A stretch of DNA of 64,000 nt from Ascidiella aspersa (taxonomy: Eukaryota): contig OZ004611.1 of NCBI GenBank assembly GCA_963924565.1, forward strand, positions 30,008,001-30,072,000, written 5' to 3'. This document shows positions 1-13,400 of the stretch, one piece after another. Numbering within the stretch: position 1 is the first letter of the stretch; every line of letters starts with the position of its first letter. The position numbers and the translations under genes were made by a program. Under the pieces are notes generated by a model. The model was not told the DNA's origin. It did no database searches and saw only the letters and a list, made by a program, of their open reading frames with translations.

Positions 1-2809
1 AATGTCGTAACTACTCCGTCTTTTTTTATTTTTAATTAGTTTTTTTCAGGCCATTTTCCTGATTCCATGCTAGCGGTTTTTAATATCGAAAGTGTTTATT
101 TCGTGGCAAAATATTGCCTAAGCGAACGTTCTCCTTTACTGTAAACACTTGAAACCACGAAACCGTAGATAAGGAATGAAGCATGTTCGTTGCACGATAT
201 GTATTGGAAATGTTTACAAGTTTATTGCGTCGGATTTACAATTTGTTTTGCCTGAATGGATTATCTTGTTGGGTAAAGCAAAATTACACCCTCAGAAATG
301 CTTTTTCTCACTTTGGCGTCTCGCTAATTAGGTTTCGATAGCTGTTGGCAAAAGGTCAGCGTAAACGAAGCTAAATGAGTTATATAAAATCACTGCACGT
401 TTTAAAAACACGAATCTAATCTAATTTTTTGGTGTTTATTTCGCGCTTTCTAAATGCACTGCAAATGTGGGAGGAAATGCACGATTTATTAACCGCTGCA
501 AACTTACAAACAGCCTGACACTTACAAACAGTCTGACACGGTGTTGAAGATTACATCATATATACTGGTGATCATAGATAGATTAATATTATTTTTTTTG
601 GAAACGAAACAACTAAAACTCAGTAAGAAGTAACAAAAAAAAATACAGTTTTTTGTTCCAGGATGCAGTGAAAGACTCGAATCAACTGCACCCTTTTGTA
701 CAAATACCCATTAAAAGGAGGCCAACTTTTTAAAATCAAGGGCGTTTTGTTCTAACCAGTGCAAAAAATATTAATATTAGATAAAGAATGTGAGTTTTTT
801 AGATAACAGCTTGTGTGCTGTTGCACATTGTGACAGAAACAAACCATAAAACAAATTGTAATCCCTGGCAGTGGACAAAAAGGAATAATAACTAGAAAAA
901 TAGGCATTTACATTAAATTAAAAGATTTAATTTTGGGGTTCAATGGCCTTGTGCCTACGTGTTAATCAGGAAAATTTTCACAACTTTTGATAAACTAAAC
1001 CGAGCTACAGAATTTATTTTGCACATTAAATTCGAGCGTAACTTGGTCGAACTCCCGAGCGTTTCGATGTCCTACCAGAAATCTAGAGAATCAAAAAGGT
1101 TCTGCATAAGAATTCTCCGCAGACGTAAAGCTTAGTGTTTAGGGTGCGAAAAACTTATTGCAGTCACAGTTTGGGGCAATATTTCGCTCGCTGTGGCAAT
1201 CACACAAGGCAAAAATATTCCTTCCCTCATGAAAACACACAGTTAGGTTACCGCTTCATTTACACAACCCCGTTTAACTTACAAGGTCCTTGTGTCAGGA
1301 GGGGTCCTCGGGATTGTATCGAGTCTGCAGTGAGTAGGCTACATATCCACGTTCGGCGCCTATAGTGTAATGGTATGTGATGGTAAAGTTATTTTTTTTA
1401 TCGAATTTTAAAACCATTAAGACCAGTTTGGTGACATGTGCCATAATGATGCCTGTCTAGTAGCAAGTTCAACACACATACATGTACTCAGAAAACATTT
1501 AATTATTTCGCCAAGCGAAAAAAACTAATACTATATTTTTTTCCCTATTTTAACAACGTAAATGTATTTTGCGAATCTGCGATTTGTTTTTACGATTTTT
1601 AAGCCTACTTTGTAAAACGATTTTACCCCAGAAATGTCGAGCGTCGGATTGCTGGAAAGTAAAAGTTTTGGCAACTTGGTCAATTTTTTTGCTCGAAAAC
1701 ATCTTTTTAAGTTATGTATTAAAGGTAGCACCTCTCCAACCTAAACCTACCAAAATAAAAACCAAATGTGTAGTGTTCTTAAAGTTACTTTTTTATTACT
1801 TCACGCAACGACCCGAATTTGAGACGTCACGTTATGACGTAACTAGGTGACATCATCCGTGAAAAAGTTTTCATGCCCCCCCACCCCAAACGAAAATCCT
1901 AGATCCGTGCCGGGATTTATAGTCACGAATTACTGTGGCGGCAAAAAATCATGTTTGACGATTTTATTTTTGGTAACCTGTATTAGGCTTGACAAGGTGT
2001 GTAAATGAATCACGAGGTAATGCATGTTATTACGCGCAATAAACTTACAAACAACTTTCAAAGTACCGTGCAGTTTTATTTCAAATACCCAAATTTAGTT
2101 GACCTTTCACAACGCCTTAACAATCTGATTAGCAAGCCTGAACATAATTTTATGCGTGTTTTGTTTAGTTATGTTGGTTTACCATGCAGTGGAAACAAGT
2201 TGACTAGAATATTTAGTAAACAGCCCACAAAATTTCGTGCAGCAAACTTTCTTATTTACCGCTTAGCGGTTTTAACGCAACAAGCTAATTTCGGTGTGGA
2301 AAACGTTTGAACCTTACCTGTTTTGCATAAACCTGTTTGGCAAGGGCAAACCCTCACAACACTCCCAATAACATTAAAGAGCTTCTTAAAGAAAATTTGT
2401 GAAAATGTTCGTGCTCAAATAAAAATGACGTCATGCATAAATCTTCTATGCGAATAAAAATAATAAATGGTTTAAGAATTAATTTATTGTAGGAGTTTTT
2501 AGAGTTCAAATTTAACAACACAGATATTAAGCCAAACACCCAGGCGCTTTGCTAGCCTTGGGTCACGAACAGCTGTAAGAACTACAGTTATTTTCGCTAG
2601 AACCAAGAATCGCGTTAAGCTGTTTTCTAATGATGCGACGCAAAATCGTTTTATCAATAAGAAAGGCGAAAAAAGGCTTCAAAATATCAATTTCAACGTT
2701 AAATATTCCCTTATCTAAAACCGTTAACAGTCTAAAATGCCGACAGTTTCACCTTATAGCACCATAGCCCTCTTCGCAGTTACTTGAGTACTACAGTATT
2801 TGAAAGTTT

Positions 2810-3245
2810 CACCCCGAAAGCACATGTATTTCTTTAGAAATAAACAGTTGAAAATCATTGAAATTTCTGTTGACGGTTAAGCTTACGCCACCATAAATCA
2901 TCCAGCAAATCACTTTTACAGAGCGCATATAGTTCGTTAAATATTAACAGTTCAATTTTTAGTTTGCCTTACATCAACATAAATCATCCAGCAATCACTT
3001 AAAATGAGTAATAAGTGAAACTTTCACTTTCACCCCGTTAGCGCATGTAGTTCTTTAAAAATAAACAGTTAAACTTTGCTCTGGCATTTCAAGGTTTGCC
3101 CTACGTCAACATAAATAAAAAAACAATCACTTTAAAAGGAGTAATCTGTAAAAGTCTCACTTCGATAGCGCATGCATAGTTCGTTAGATATTAACAGTTC
3201 AATTTTGAGTTTGCCTTACGCCAACATAACCCATCCAATAATCAC
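2810..3245. repeat. Degenerate tandem repeat, about 4 units of roughly 105-130 bp
   Basis: Recurring gcgcat..agttc.tta.a.at.aacagtt ... gtttgccttac..caacataaatcatccagcaatcactt. Confidence 0.75.
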
Positions 3246-6200
3246 AAAGAAAAAAAATCATCCCGATGGTGGTTGTAGTTCTTAAGTACGTTTGAAAATC
3301 AAACTTGTAACATACGACAGCAGCAATCTGACCTGTAACGCTTGTTAAGTAACAGTGCCCGCGGAATGGCGTGGTTCGTATGCTCGAAATGCTTTTGACA
3401 AAAAAAGCTCATTCAGTATTGATATTAAAATTAAACTTCGTCATTTCTCACCAACATTGCACTTTCGAAAAGCACCGCTTCGCATAGCGATCATAGCGCT
3501 TCCAGGAAGCATTAAGAAGCCAAAAGTGATGCGTTCAACGTTGAGGTTAATGTTTCGAGGAACTCGGTGACTTTTCTGTTTTGGGTGGCCGCGTAAAAAA
3601 GGCATCTTGGAAGCCAAAAAAATGTTTCAGACGATAAACTTTTTATTGCCGCCGATTAAATTGTCTGTTGTTCTTTCAGGATTTGGAATAGTTACCAACC
3701 AATTTGAATAACTTCACAGCACCCGTTTCACAAATATCATCTTGAATGAGGTTAAACTACTCAAGTTACAATTAGACTCTTTGTGCAGTTTGGTTTTCTG
3801 AAAATATTTTTTTTTAACCATTTCCAATGCTATTTTTGGCATCTTTGGTCTCAACTTGCGCATTACTTTCCTTTCACGAATGGAAATTTAAAGCCAAAAA
3901 AGTTGATTACCATTAATGTTTCCTATACGCCGACCAAATTGGGCCTTTTACCTTCAATTTGCATTAATGTTCGCTCTTAATCTACAGTTGTGCAATATCC
4001 TCCTACACAAAACTAGTACAGAAAAATCGTTCTGCCATCATAATTAATTGAACAAAATAAGCAAACTATGTTAGCTATGTTAGCTAAAATACTGTTAAAC
4101 TGATTTCAAAGACATGCAGTCAACAAATTGATCAGAAGAGAAAAATACAATCCACCATTAAATCTCAATTTATTTCTGTCAGCAATGGGCAAGGAAAATT
4201 ATCATGTAAATTGTAAAAAATAGACAAAAAAAGTAAATAAACACTGATGAGTGATCATATACAAGTGTTTAGGGTAGAACATTGTTTTTAAATTTGGTGG
4301 GCGCCTACTTGACTAAAACTCGCGTCCCCTTTTTGAACAATAAACCCCCTTTCTCTGCTACTTTTAACGTGTATAGGTTCTGAGTTGAACAGGCTCTAAA
4401 AGCGACTACGAACAAAAGCCGGCTTAGAAATTCTTGCAGTAAACGCCCATTCCAGTGAATTAAGCATGTCCAGGAAAAGCGCTATGTAAGCCCTGTATCC
4501 TAATTGCCGGTCACGTTTTAACTTGGCAAGGCAGAACACCCTCAAAATCTCGGGCGTTTGCTTGTAAGGCGCCAGGGTTTGGTTACAAGCCTTTCTATTT
4601 CGGTGATTTTATATATTTGCTAGGTAAGGTAAACTGGGAATCCACCGGGTCATGATAAATCTGTGTGCATGTACAGATTTGTAATAAGTCAATAACGTCT
4701 AAATCTGTTTGCAATAGGAGTTCCTAACCACTTTTAAGGCGGACATCGAATTTTTTTTTTAGTTTGCATAGGCCAAGGTTGGCATGAAATTGTTCGAGAC
4801 GTCATAAATTGACGTCATCAAACCAGTAGATTTAAAAATCTCGATGTTTTAGGTTCAACAAATGTGAAACTAAAATGGAGTCAAAATGCATTCAAGAAAA
4901 AGGTACCCAAGCCTTTACATACAAAACAGATTTTTGTCAGTTTAGTAAAAATCACCAAGATTTTAATTAGGTCTCTCGGGTTTAAATATAATAGTCTTGG
5001 TTTTGCGAAATGGACGAAGTAAAAAGTGTAAAAAGGAAACGTACCTATTCAAATTGTCAAAATAATTTACAACAGACAGTAAAGAAAAACGGAAACAGTC
5101 TCGGATATTAAAATTCGAGGAAGAAATGTAACCAATAAACGCAAAAAACTAAGCTTTAAATAATTAATGCTACAGAACTGGATAGACCACATCACATACC
5201 TTAGATTTGTAAAATGGCCGAAATTAAGGGTCTAAAAAATAATTTGTTCTGAAACATGACACAAAAAAGAAACAATGATGGATAAATCAAATGTCCAGTA
5301 ATTCAAAAGGGTAAAATAACAGAAAACATTGTTGTTTTAAAATGACTAAAATAGAGGGGAGAAAAATAAACATCACCCTCAAGTTGTCAAAAATGTCACT
5401 TAGACTAAGGGCGAAGAAGGCAAGTTCAAGTCTTATTTATTTGAAATCAGCAACGCAATCGTTAACTTTTTAAACAGGAAATTAACCTATCCCAACTTAA
5501 TTAGTCAAACATCACATAAACTCCAAAATTGAAAAAACAGCCGCGAAGCGAACGATTCAAACACCCAAAGTGCTTCTAAAAATGCATCGTCAGCACATTA
5601 AGGCCTAATTACATTTCATATGCACGTATAAGCTACGTGACCTGCCGTTGTGCCAAGCCACTACCTTAACTGGCTAGTCGAAGTTTTATTGCTTCCCTCG
5701 CCTGATTGCCCCAGACTAGTGGGGTGTCAGCTGGCCTGGCTTGGCCCGTTTGGCCACATTCCGGAACGCTTCCCTAGAAAACGTGACGTCATGCAACTTT
5801 AGGTTGAAACAAAAATGTGCAGCAAAAAAGTGAAATTTCTATGAGAAAGTTTTTTTGGCCCTTGCATGATATTTAGTTATACAAAAATCTAAAATCTGCA
5901 GTGAAAGGGCGGTGTGGCTATTAAGGATGTTTTGAAAACAAGTTTCAAAACCGATATACGATAAGGGATAGTATCGGTACTCGTCCGATACCAGGGTGTC
6001 ATCGGTGCCGGTGCGAAACCAAATTAATTTGTTTATTTCAGACAAGTTTTACAATCCAGCGTTTTAAACATCTTAGAATATATTACGTTAAAAATCGAAG
6101 ACAATATACTTCTAAGTAGAATGGTTTGATGTTGTTATAAGGCGTAGTAAAAATATAGGGGTGCCAAAGTAAAATACCAGGCATTGGACATCCAAAAAAA

Positions 6201-8150
6201 ATATTTGTATTGTGCCATATAAGGAAGATAGGGCCTTAAAAATGAAGAAATGCATTAAAAACGCACAAGTAAATTACATAAAATTATCGAGTAAATTCAT
6301 TAGTGCTTTACATAAACTAAAATGTTGGGCCTACAAAATTGTGACGTCACATGACCTGATGACGTTGGTAAAGCTTTTTTTTAGGTTTCAGAAAAACCAA
6401 GTCATCCTCGATGGCATAAAAAATCCATTGAGCTAGGCCTACTAAGCGTTCCAAACTCGCTAGTTTGAAAGTAAACAGCTGAACCTCGCGTCACAATAGC
6501 TATGTTACGTCACAAACAAACGTAAAGAAGAGCATATTGAACGCTTGCGGTTATACATAGTTGGAAGTACTTGATTTAATGGCTCCCATTACACTGAGGC
6601 GACGACGGCATGGATTCAAATGCGTATTATAAAGGCTAATTTTACGAAGCTGCAAAACATTCAGTGGGTTTAAATCAGTGAAGGCGCCCGAACAAAACAA
6701 ATCCACACCTCGAAAAAAAATTATCACAATTTATATAGTTTGATTTTTTTCCTTTTTTGACAAGGTTTGCCATTGTTTTCTTAGCTCAAAGCACAAAACA
6801 TAAGCCTTCATGTTTTATAAGCCTTCATGTTTCCTAATTTATCGTTAGCAAATATATGTATTTTTCCTTGAATAAAAGTTAACGTCAAGCTCGGGTTTGC
6901 GAAGGATAAGTGATTTATGCAGTGACTTTGTGTCGTCATCTCTACACACCAGCATGTGTTTAGGTCAAATAATTGCTTTCCCACCCCTGGTTTGAATACG
7001 CTAAGGTTTTTATGATTCGCCCATAGTGCGTGTCTTCAGCTGGGGGTGTGATATTGTCGGCAGATGCGAGCTGACCTGCTTCTAAACGTCAGTTAGATTA
7101 TCGAACAGAACACTGCACATTAAACTAGAGTTCCAATCCTACGTCACTTAAAGTAAATTTAATGAACCATCAGTTTTACACACAAACTGTAAGTCAGGGG
7201 TTGCTAAACTTTTTTGAACGGGTAAAATTTTTTTTTGGTATGCGTGGACCATCAGGATGACGTCATATAACAGGTGCTAACAATTGTATAAAAGAAACTT
7301 GAAAAGCTTTCTCAAAACCGTGTTTCATCTGGTGAAAGTAAAAAAGCTTTACGTAGAAGTATAGATTTCTACTTTGACCTGATGAAGCATGGTTGTGCAA
7401 AAGCTTGTCCAAATTTTCGGCGTAGCCTGCAATTTTAACGGATGACTCGGTTGTTTTTAAGATTTGCTTATTAATCTCTGTAGTAAAGGTCACGTTGATT
7501 CAGCCAAAACGTGATTCTTTCTAGCTTAGCTTATAACGTCGCTTGTTACGTCAATTAGGCAGACTTGGCAAGCTCAATTACAGGCAACCCTAAAAAACGT
7601 GCCCAAATTGCCCATTGCTCGTCAAATTGAAACATTAATTTTGATCGCCTTTTATTTCTTTTTTAATTTATTAGTCTTATTGGAATTTAATTTCGCAATT
7701 TAAAAATAGCTAAGGGCGCAACAGTTGATTTCTGAAACCTAGAAGTATACATCAAATCCCATTTTTGAACTTTTGTTTAAAGGTTTTCTGGCTTGACTCA
7801 ACGCCCCAAAACACATTGATTGCTTTGAGCGCTATAGTAATATGAAAATCTTAAATAAATCCTTTACCACAATAAGTGATGAAATCAACCAAGTTGTCGT
7901 TTTAGATATATTTGCTTTGTACATGTATATATATACATTTTTTTTTTATTAGAAAAGACACAAGAAATGTCATGGCGGATTTTTAAATTAATAAAATTTG
8001 AAACGTTCTGAGTATTTTTAGCGACTGTATACATCGGTATGAATAGTTTTGTGCTAAATTACGTGCAATTGCCGATATAACATACAATCCGACATATAGG
8101 ATATAGTTTGATATATTTTAAAGCCGATATAGGATATAGTTTGTTATAGG

Positions 8151-8637
8151 CAAACTTGGACGACTAGATTTATTTTAGCTTTTTAAAATTAGATTAGAAT
8201 TAAAATTAGAGCATTTTGGTTTTCTCAAATTAGATTAGAATTAGAATTACCGAATTCTTCAAAAAACAAATTTGAACTAGAATTTAAACTAAAATTACAT
8301 TTTATTATTCACAATCAATTACATTTAAATCGAGAAGTATTTTGATAGGAATGTGCATGTCAATTATGTGTGCGCTAATTTTTAAGCATCTTAGCATAGA
8401 ATATGATTTTTAGTCCGTGAAAATTACGTTCCAACCAAAGAGTTTGAATTTAATTTCTTTGCCTTGACTAAGAGACTAAAACTGCCGTTGGACAAAGTAG
8501 CATTTTTGGTAAAATCCGAATTAGATTAGAACTAGAATTAGAGCACACAAGCAATTCACAAATTAGATTAGAATTAGCCGCATTTTGCTCTAATTCATTG
8601 AATTAGAAAACTAGAATAAGCTAGTTGTCCAAGTCTG
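8151..8637. mobile_element. Non-autonomous hAT-type DNA element (MITE)
   Basis: About 30-bp imperfect TIRs (caaacttggacgactag... / ...ctagttgtccaagtctg), perfect 8-bp TSD GTTATAGG (8143-8150, 8638-8645), internal AATTAG repeats. Confidence 0.85.
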
Positions 8638-9485
8638 GTTATAGGTTAAAGTGAAAAACCTGACTTATTTTTGCCGACAACCGAACGTATTTTTACAGCA
8701 AGCATTTACATTTATTGTTTGCTGGTTTAAACGCATGGATGTGATCAACATTTGAAAACGTTTAGGATTTGATTTCCACACTATTTCAACGGAAACATTT
8801 TTATTGAAACGCCGATATCGAATATATAATCCAATATATTTCGTATTTTGGTTCAATACTAATATTTTAAAGCTAAACTAGGCCGCCCTATTGAAGACCA
8901 TTTGTTTCCCGGTAAGGCTAACATTGAGACATAAAATTTGCCGTAATTGAATTTTATAACGTAAATTCTTTCATTAATCAGCTATCGGTTTACCAACGAT
9001 ATTATTTACCTGTTATCGGAAGACTGTTACGATCTAATAACATCGCATATTCAAAACGTAACTGTGGTAGAAAAACTCCAGACAGCCTTACGCCAATAAT
9101 TAAGACGTAGACGTAAATAAAAAAGAGAGATGAAGCGTAATGCGTCAAACACGACACGCAAAAAGGAAAAAGGCACTCTTCAACGAGCTCTCTCTATATA
9201 GTGACGCGAACCGTTTGTAAGTTGTCAGATAGATGTGCTACCGTGCTACGCGCATCAAACGTAACGGTGGGACGGTTCGCCTCTTTTTGGGCACCGTTTT
9301 ACATTTTGGAGTGATGGTAGAAATTGGGTTTAGGGTTCAAATTTTAAGGGGATTTATGTTCTTAGGGATGAGGTTAGGTAAAAGGTTGTATAGGCCTGCT
9401 TCTGACAATTTAGGTCTTATTCCTATGGATTTAGGGATTACTCCGATTTAGCGGTAATAATCGCATTTTGGTTTTTATGCCGCAG

Positions 9486-9577
9486 TGTGTGTTTTTATCC
9501 GACGTTGGTGTTGTCCTGTTTTCTGCGCTTTATCAAACTAAACAACCAAGAAAACAAACAAAAAAAGTTCAGCAAAG
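9486..9577 (+). other. Candidate non-coding 5' UTR exon of the protease gene
   Basis: Acceptor-like ttttatgccgcag before 9486 and donor AAG|gtgcgg at 9577/9578. The first coding exon has its own strong acceptor (ttcttgccttttcag|10185), so an upstream exon or a trans-spliced leader is implied. Confidence 0.35.
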
Positions 9578-10216
9578 GTGCGGTGCGTTCGTATATGCGC
9601 TCATAACGTTGATTTTTATGGAGTTTATGCATAGGTTGGTATAAGATGAGTTTATAAATTATTGAAGGGGTGACTTACTTCAATATTCGTATGTAAAAAA
9701 ATGATACTTAACGATAACCAAACGTTTCTGTTTGTGCCAACACGATAGGAAGTTCCTATTGCAAAAACATCTTGTGCTGTATTAACGTTTTTACAATGAT
9801 TCTTTAAGGCAAATGCAAAACACGATTTCCGCAAACTACAGGCCGACAAAAGTGTTCTTGTATTTAAACCTTTTTTAGTTTTATTTCCATCTGCATTTAT
9901 GCCAAGACAATTTTTTTGGGAAATTAAGAATATACGCAATAGGTTTGTGTTGAGAAAGTTGTCCATTCAATAAATTTAAACAACACCGCAGAAAAAAATG
10001 AAGGGCACTATAAAGTTAAAAATGTCTCAAAATGAATATTAGAAATAGCGTTTTTGTACTTAAGGAATATGGAGGTGTCGGAATGCATAGAATATTCTTA
10101 AACAAAGGACATCTCGGGCGGAAGGGTGTAATTAGTAATGCACAAAAAAAGGAAACCAAAATAATTTTTTTCTTGCCTTTTCAGCGTCAACATTCTCTAT
10201 TTACAAAAACATCACA

Positions 10217-10403
10217 ATGCGACGCTTAGTGTTAGTAACCTTAAGTGTGGCGATTGTTCTATGCCTTTACATTGCATTGGCCGCCGGCGACAATTGGAAT
10301 TATCGAAAAGAAGCCGCCACGAGATTTCAGCTGAGGACAAACTCCAACTACAACCCACCCGGTGGTTTCCTTGCGGGGGAATACCCCAGCAAACTGCTCC
10401 AAG
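10217..10403 (+). CDS. Protease coding exon 1: signal peptide and propeptide start
   Basis: [27 protein letters not shown]...SKLLQ. Acceptor at 10184/10185, donor AAG|gttggt, phase 1. Confidence 0.85.
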
Positions 10404-13400
10404 GTTGGTATTTAAACTGTATTTATTTGTTAGTAAGAAATGTGGTATAGATAGCACGTGATTATGGGTAGGTTTTTTAGATAATGAAAATAAATTAAGG
10501 TACACTATGCACTGATCTGCAGGGCATCTTAACAATGCATTTTGAAGTCAAAAAGGTGTAAATCGACATGCTCTTGATTATCACGTTTTGATAGGTATTC
10601 TGTTAATGTTACCAGAAAATATATTTTAGTGGTTACTTTGACTGAAATAATAAAACAACAAGATAAATGCGTGAATGCGGCGCATATCTATTCAAATCGC
10701 ATTTTCTTCGGTGAAATGTGTTTTTACGCCTGTTTGGTTTGGCGTGCGTGGGATCTTATTAGCTATGTCAGATAATTCTCATTATCTTCATATCCAAAAC
10801 CTTTTTTTGAATCGCGACCCTCTCTTATAGCAAATGACGCCATTACTATGCTCAAAAAAGCAAATTAGACGAAATCAAAACGTTCACTTAGTTACCTTTA
10901 GCTGTAATCCTAATATATTTTTTCATAAATTTACCCTTAAAAGTAAAACACGAGTAAGTAAAAAATTCTTTATATTAATTCAGCATCGAATCGACAGCGA
11001 TACGACCCTAGTATCGGACGATTTACCGATATATTTATTGGTAGGGTATCGGCTCCGATCCGATATTAACGCAAATCCTTTGCTGTTATCATTAATGGCG
11101 AGAAATGTGTTATTTAATTATTTATGTTACAATGTATCCAAATTGGTATAAAATTAATTATGTTCTCTGTGTTTTTGTCATTTTCTCAGGTTCAATTCTT
11201 CTGTTTTTGTTCGGTTTAACTAAAAAAAAAAATTCTTCAATACCAATAGAAAAAATCGTTTGAAAAACTTCAAAAAACACCAATTTGAAAAATTTCGAGA
11301 ACACAGCCCCTTAAAAACTTGGCGAAGATTACAGACAGCACTAGTAAAAGGAACGCGACAAGAATTCAGCAGCGTCCTATGCAGAGGTCTTGATCGGTAG
11401 GCAGCGAGATTTCTAATCCTCGCCAACGTTGACGCGATTCCGAGAAAGTGGAATTCAAGTGAAATCAAAGCAATTCGATTTCATCAAAACCGGTTGTTTA
11501 ATTTTGCTGATCCGATTAAGCGTCGTCAAATGTGCGCAGAAACATTGAACTGAGAGTGGAAAATATCGCCTTTGGCAGAAATTTGATCAGCGATATTTGA
11601 CGCGAAAAGCAGACGCTTCGCTTTCAAATTTTTTTTTCAGTTTTTTGCGGTGGTTAGAAATCGCCAGTAGCAAAAACTTATGAGTAAAACAAAACAAGGA
11701 TTTGACGGAATAGCAGTGTTTTCAAACTTATTCAGCATGCGGCACTTTAAGTAGAACAAAACACTGAACTATTTTATAAAATACGATAAAAATTGACAAA
11801 TAAAAGTCCATCAAGATGATGTCGGTTTACTCTACGTTTTTGGCTTTGAGAAATATTATGAAGCTACATTACAAATCTTTAGATAATGCATTAAAGTATA
11901 TACTTACATTATTTGTGCAAGTCTTACATCTTAATATTTCTGTTCAGTTTTAGAGTGTTAAACAGGTCCACCAGGTTAAAAGATTAAGAACCACAGACTT
12001 TTGGTTAATTTTGGCAAAATATTTAGTGTTAGACCCGTCAGGCTTAATGAACTACCAAGCTGAAGTGGCTACGTCATAATAAAGTTTCGCGCGTCGTCAA
12101 TTTTCGAAATCCCGTCGAGATGTTTCTGTCGCCGACGAGACTTATAATCCGTCCGCCATCTTGTTTTGTTTGACGTCATGTCGTCGGTCAAAGGTCAAAA
12201 ATTGCCGCCTCGAGTTTGCAATGGCAACAAAAAATTGTAGCCTGGAGATCTTTATCTTAATTATCTATTTACACATATTCAATATGATTCTTTCGGCTAA
12301 CAATGTAGATCTTCTGTATGGGCTTTGATATTCTTATCACGTCTTACTTACTACAAGCTCCAACCATTATGCTCTAAAGTTTATTGTCAGTCACTATGGA
12401 GAAAAGACGAAGACTATGTTAAGAATATGTAAAGAGTTATTCGAACCGTTTAAATGATACATACTTCTGTATGGGCTTTGATATTATTATTACGTCCTAT
12501 TACAACCGCCAACCATTATGCTCCAAAAATGTAGATACATTTGCTTCAATTTGTTTGTTTGAAATACTTACACCCTTATTTTTTACCGATTTCCAATGTC
12601 AAATGAAGTAAATGTTTATCTCGATTTTAAACGCACACGCATAAAATAAATGCGACTCTTTCGGCTCACAATGTAGAAAAACTTGCTCTATTTATTTGTT
12701 AGAAATACCTCACCCCTGAAGTCCTGAATATAGGGGATTTATACCGATTTCAAATGTTAAATTTTGAAAAATTACGATCTCTAATAATATCTTGAATAAA
12801 TCATTTTCTATCTCAAATCCAGATGATGAATGTTGTGATAAAAAAGTGCCAATAGTTTGGTAAAAAGCTTGCCGCTCAATTGTGTAATCGTATAACCTAT
12901 CACGATGCTAACAAATTACTAAATATTCGGAGATTTTCATAGATTCTCGATAGGAATGGACAACAACTGAAACGTTCATGTACAAAATGTGTATTCTGTG
13001 AACAGGCCCTTCTGGAGTCATACTGACAAACTATAACGACACCCATATATAGTCGGTTAACCTTTCCGAAGGAATCTTGTGCAGAATTTGACAAGCGCTT
13101 AATTTAGGATTTTTCCTTATATTATGTAATCTCTGTATAAACAAAATCGTGTTTCGTGTTATTTTCCTTAATTGATTTTAATCCAGATATTGCACATTTC
13201 CTTCCCCTAATCACGTTTTGGAAGATCCAATCGCTTTTCCATGTTTCTGCTTTTCTGCACGTTTCGCCTTTTTGAGACTATACCTTCGTCTCGGCACGAA
13301 TTTAATGACGTAGGCGACGAATTGCGGTTTTCAATGCAAATTCAATTCTCACTTCTCGGAAAAATCGTATGCGTTTTTTTTAAAGGAACCGAAAAAATCG

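Noticed and set aside
4560-4610. Twister-ribozyme-like GGTTACAAGCC
   Set aside because: I could not find the pseudoknot partner or the P1/P2 helices.
1-9100. Short ORFs from the six-frame track in the first 9 kb
   Set aside because: Low-complexity AT-rich translations with no domains or exon structure; treated as intergenic DNA with repeat fragments.
9320-9445. Interstitial telomere-like TTAGGG motifs
   Set aside because: Only scattered degenerate hexamers, not a tandem array.
12823-12990. Extra small Cys-containing exons in intron 1 ([13 protein letters not shown] / [11 protein letters not shown])
   Set aside because: Donors are weak, and exon 1 joins exon 2 in frame without them.
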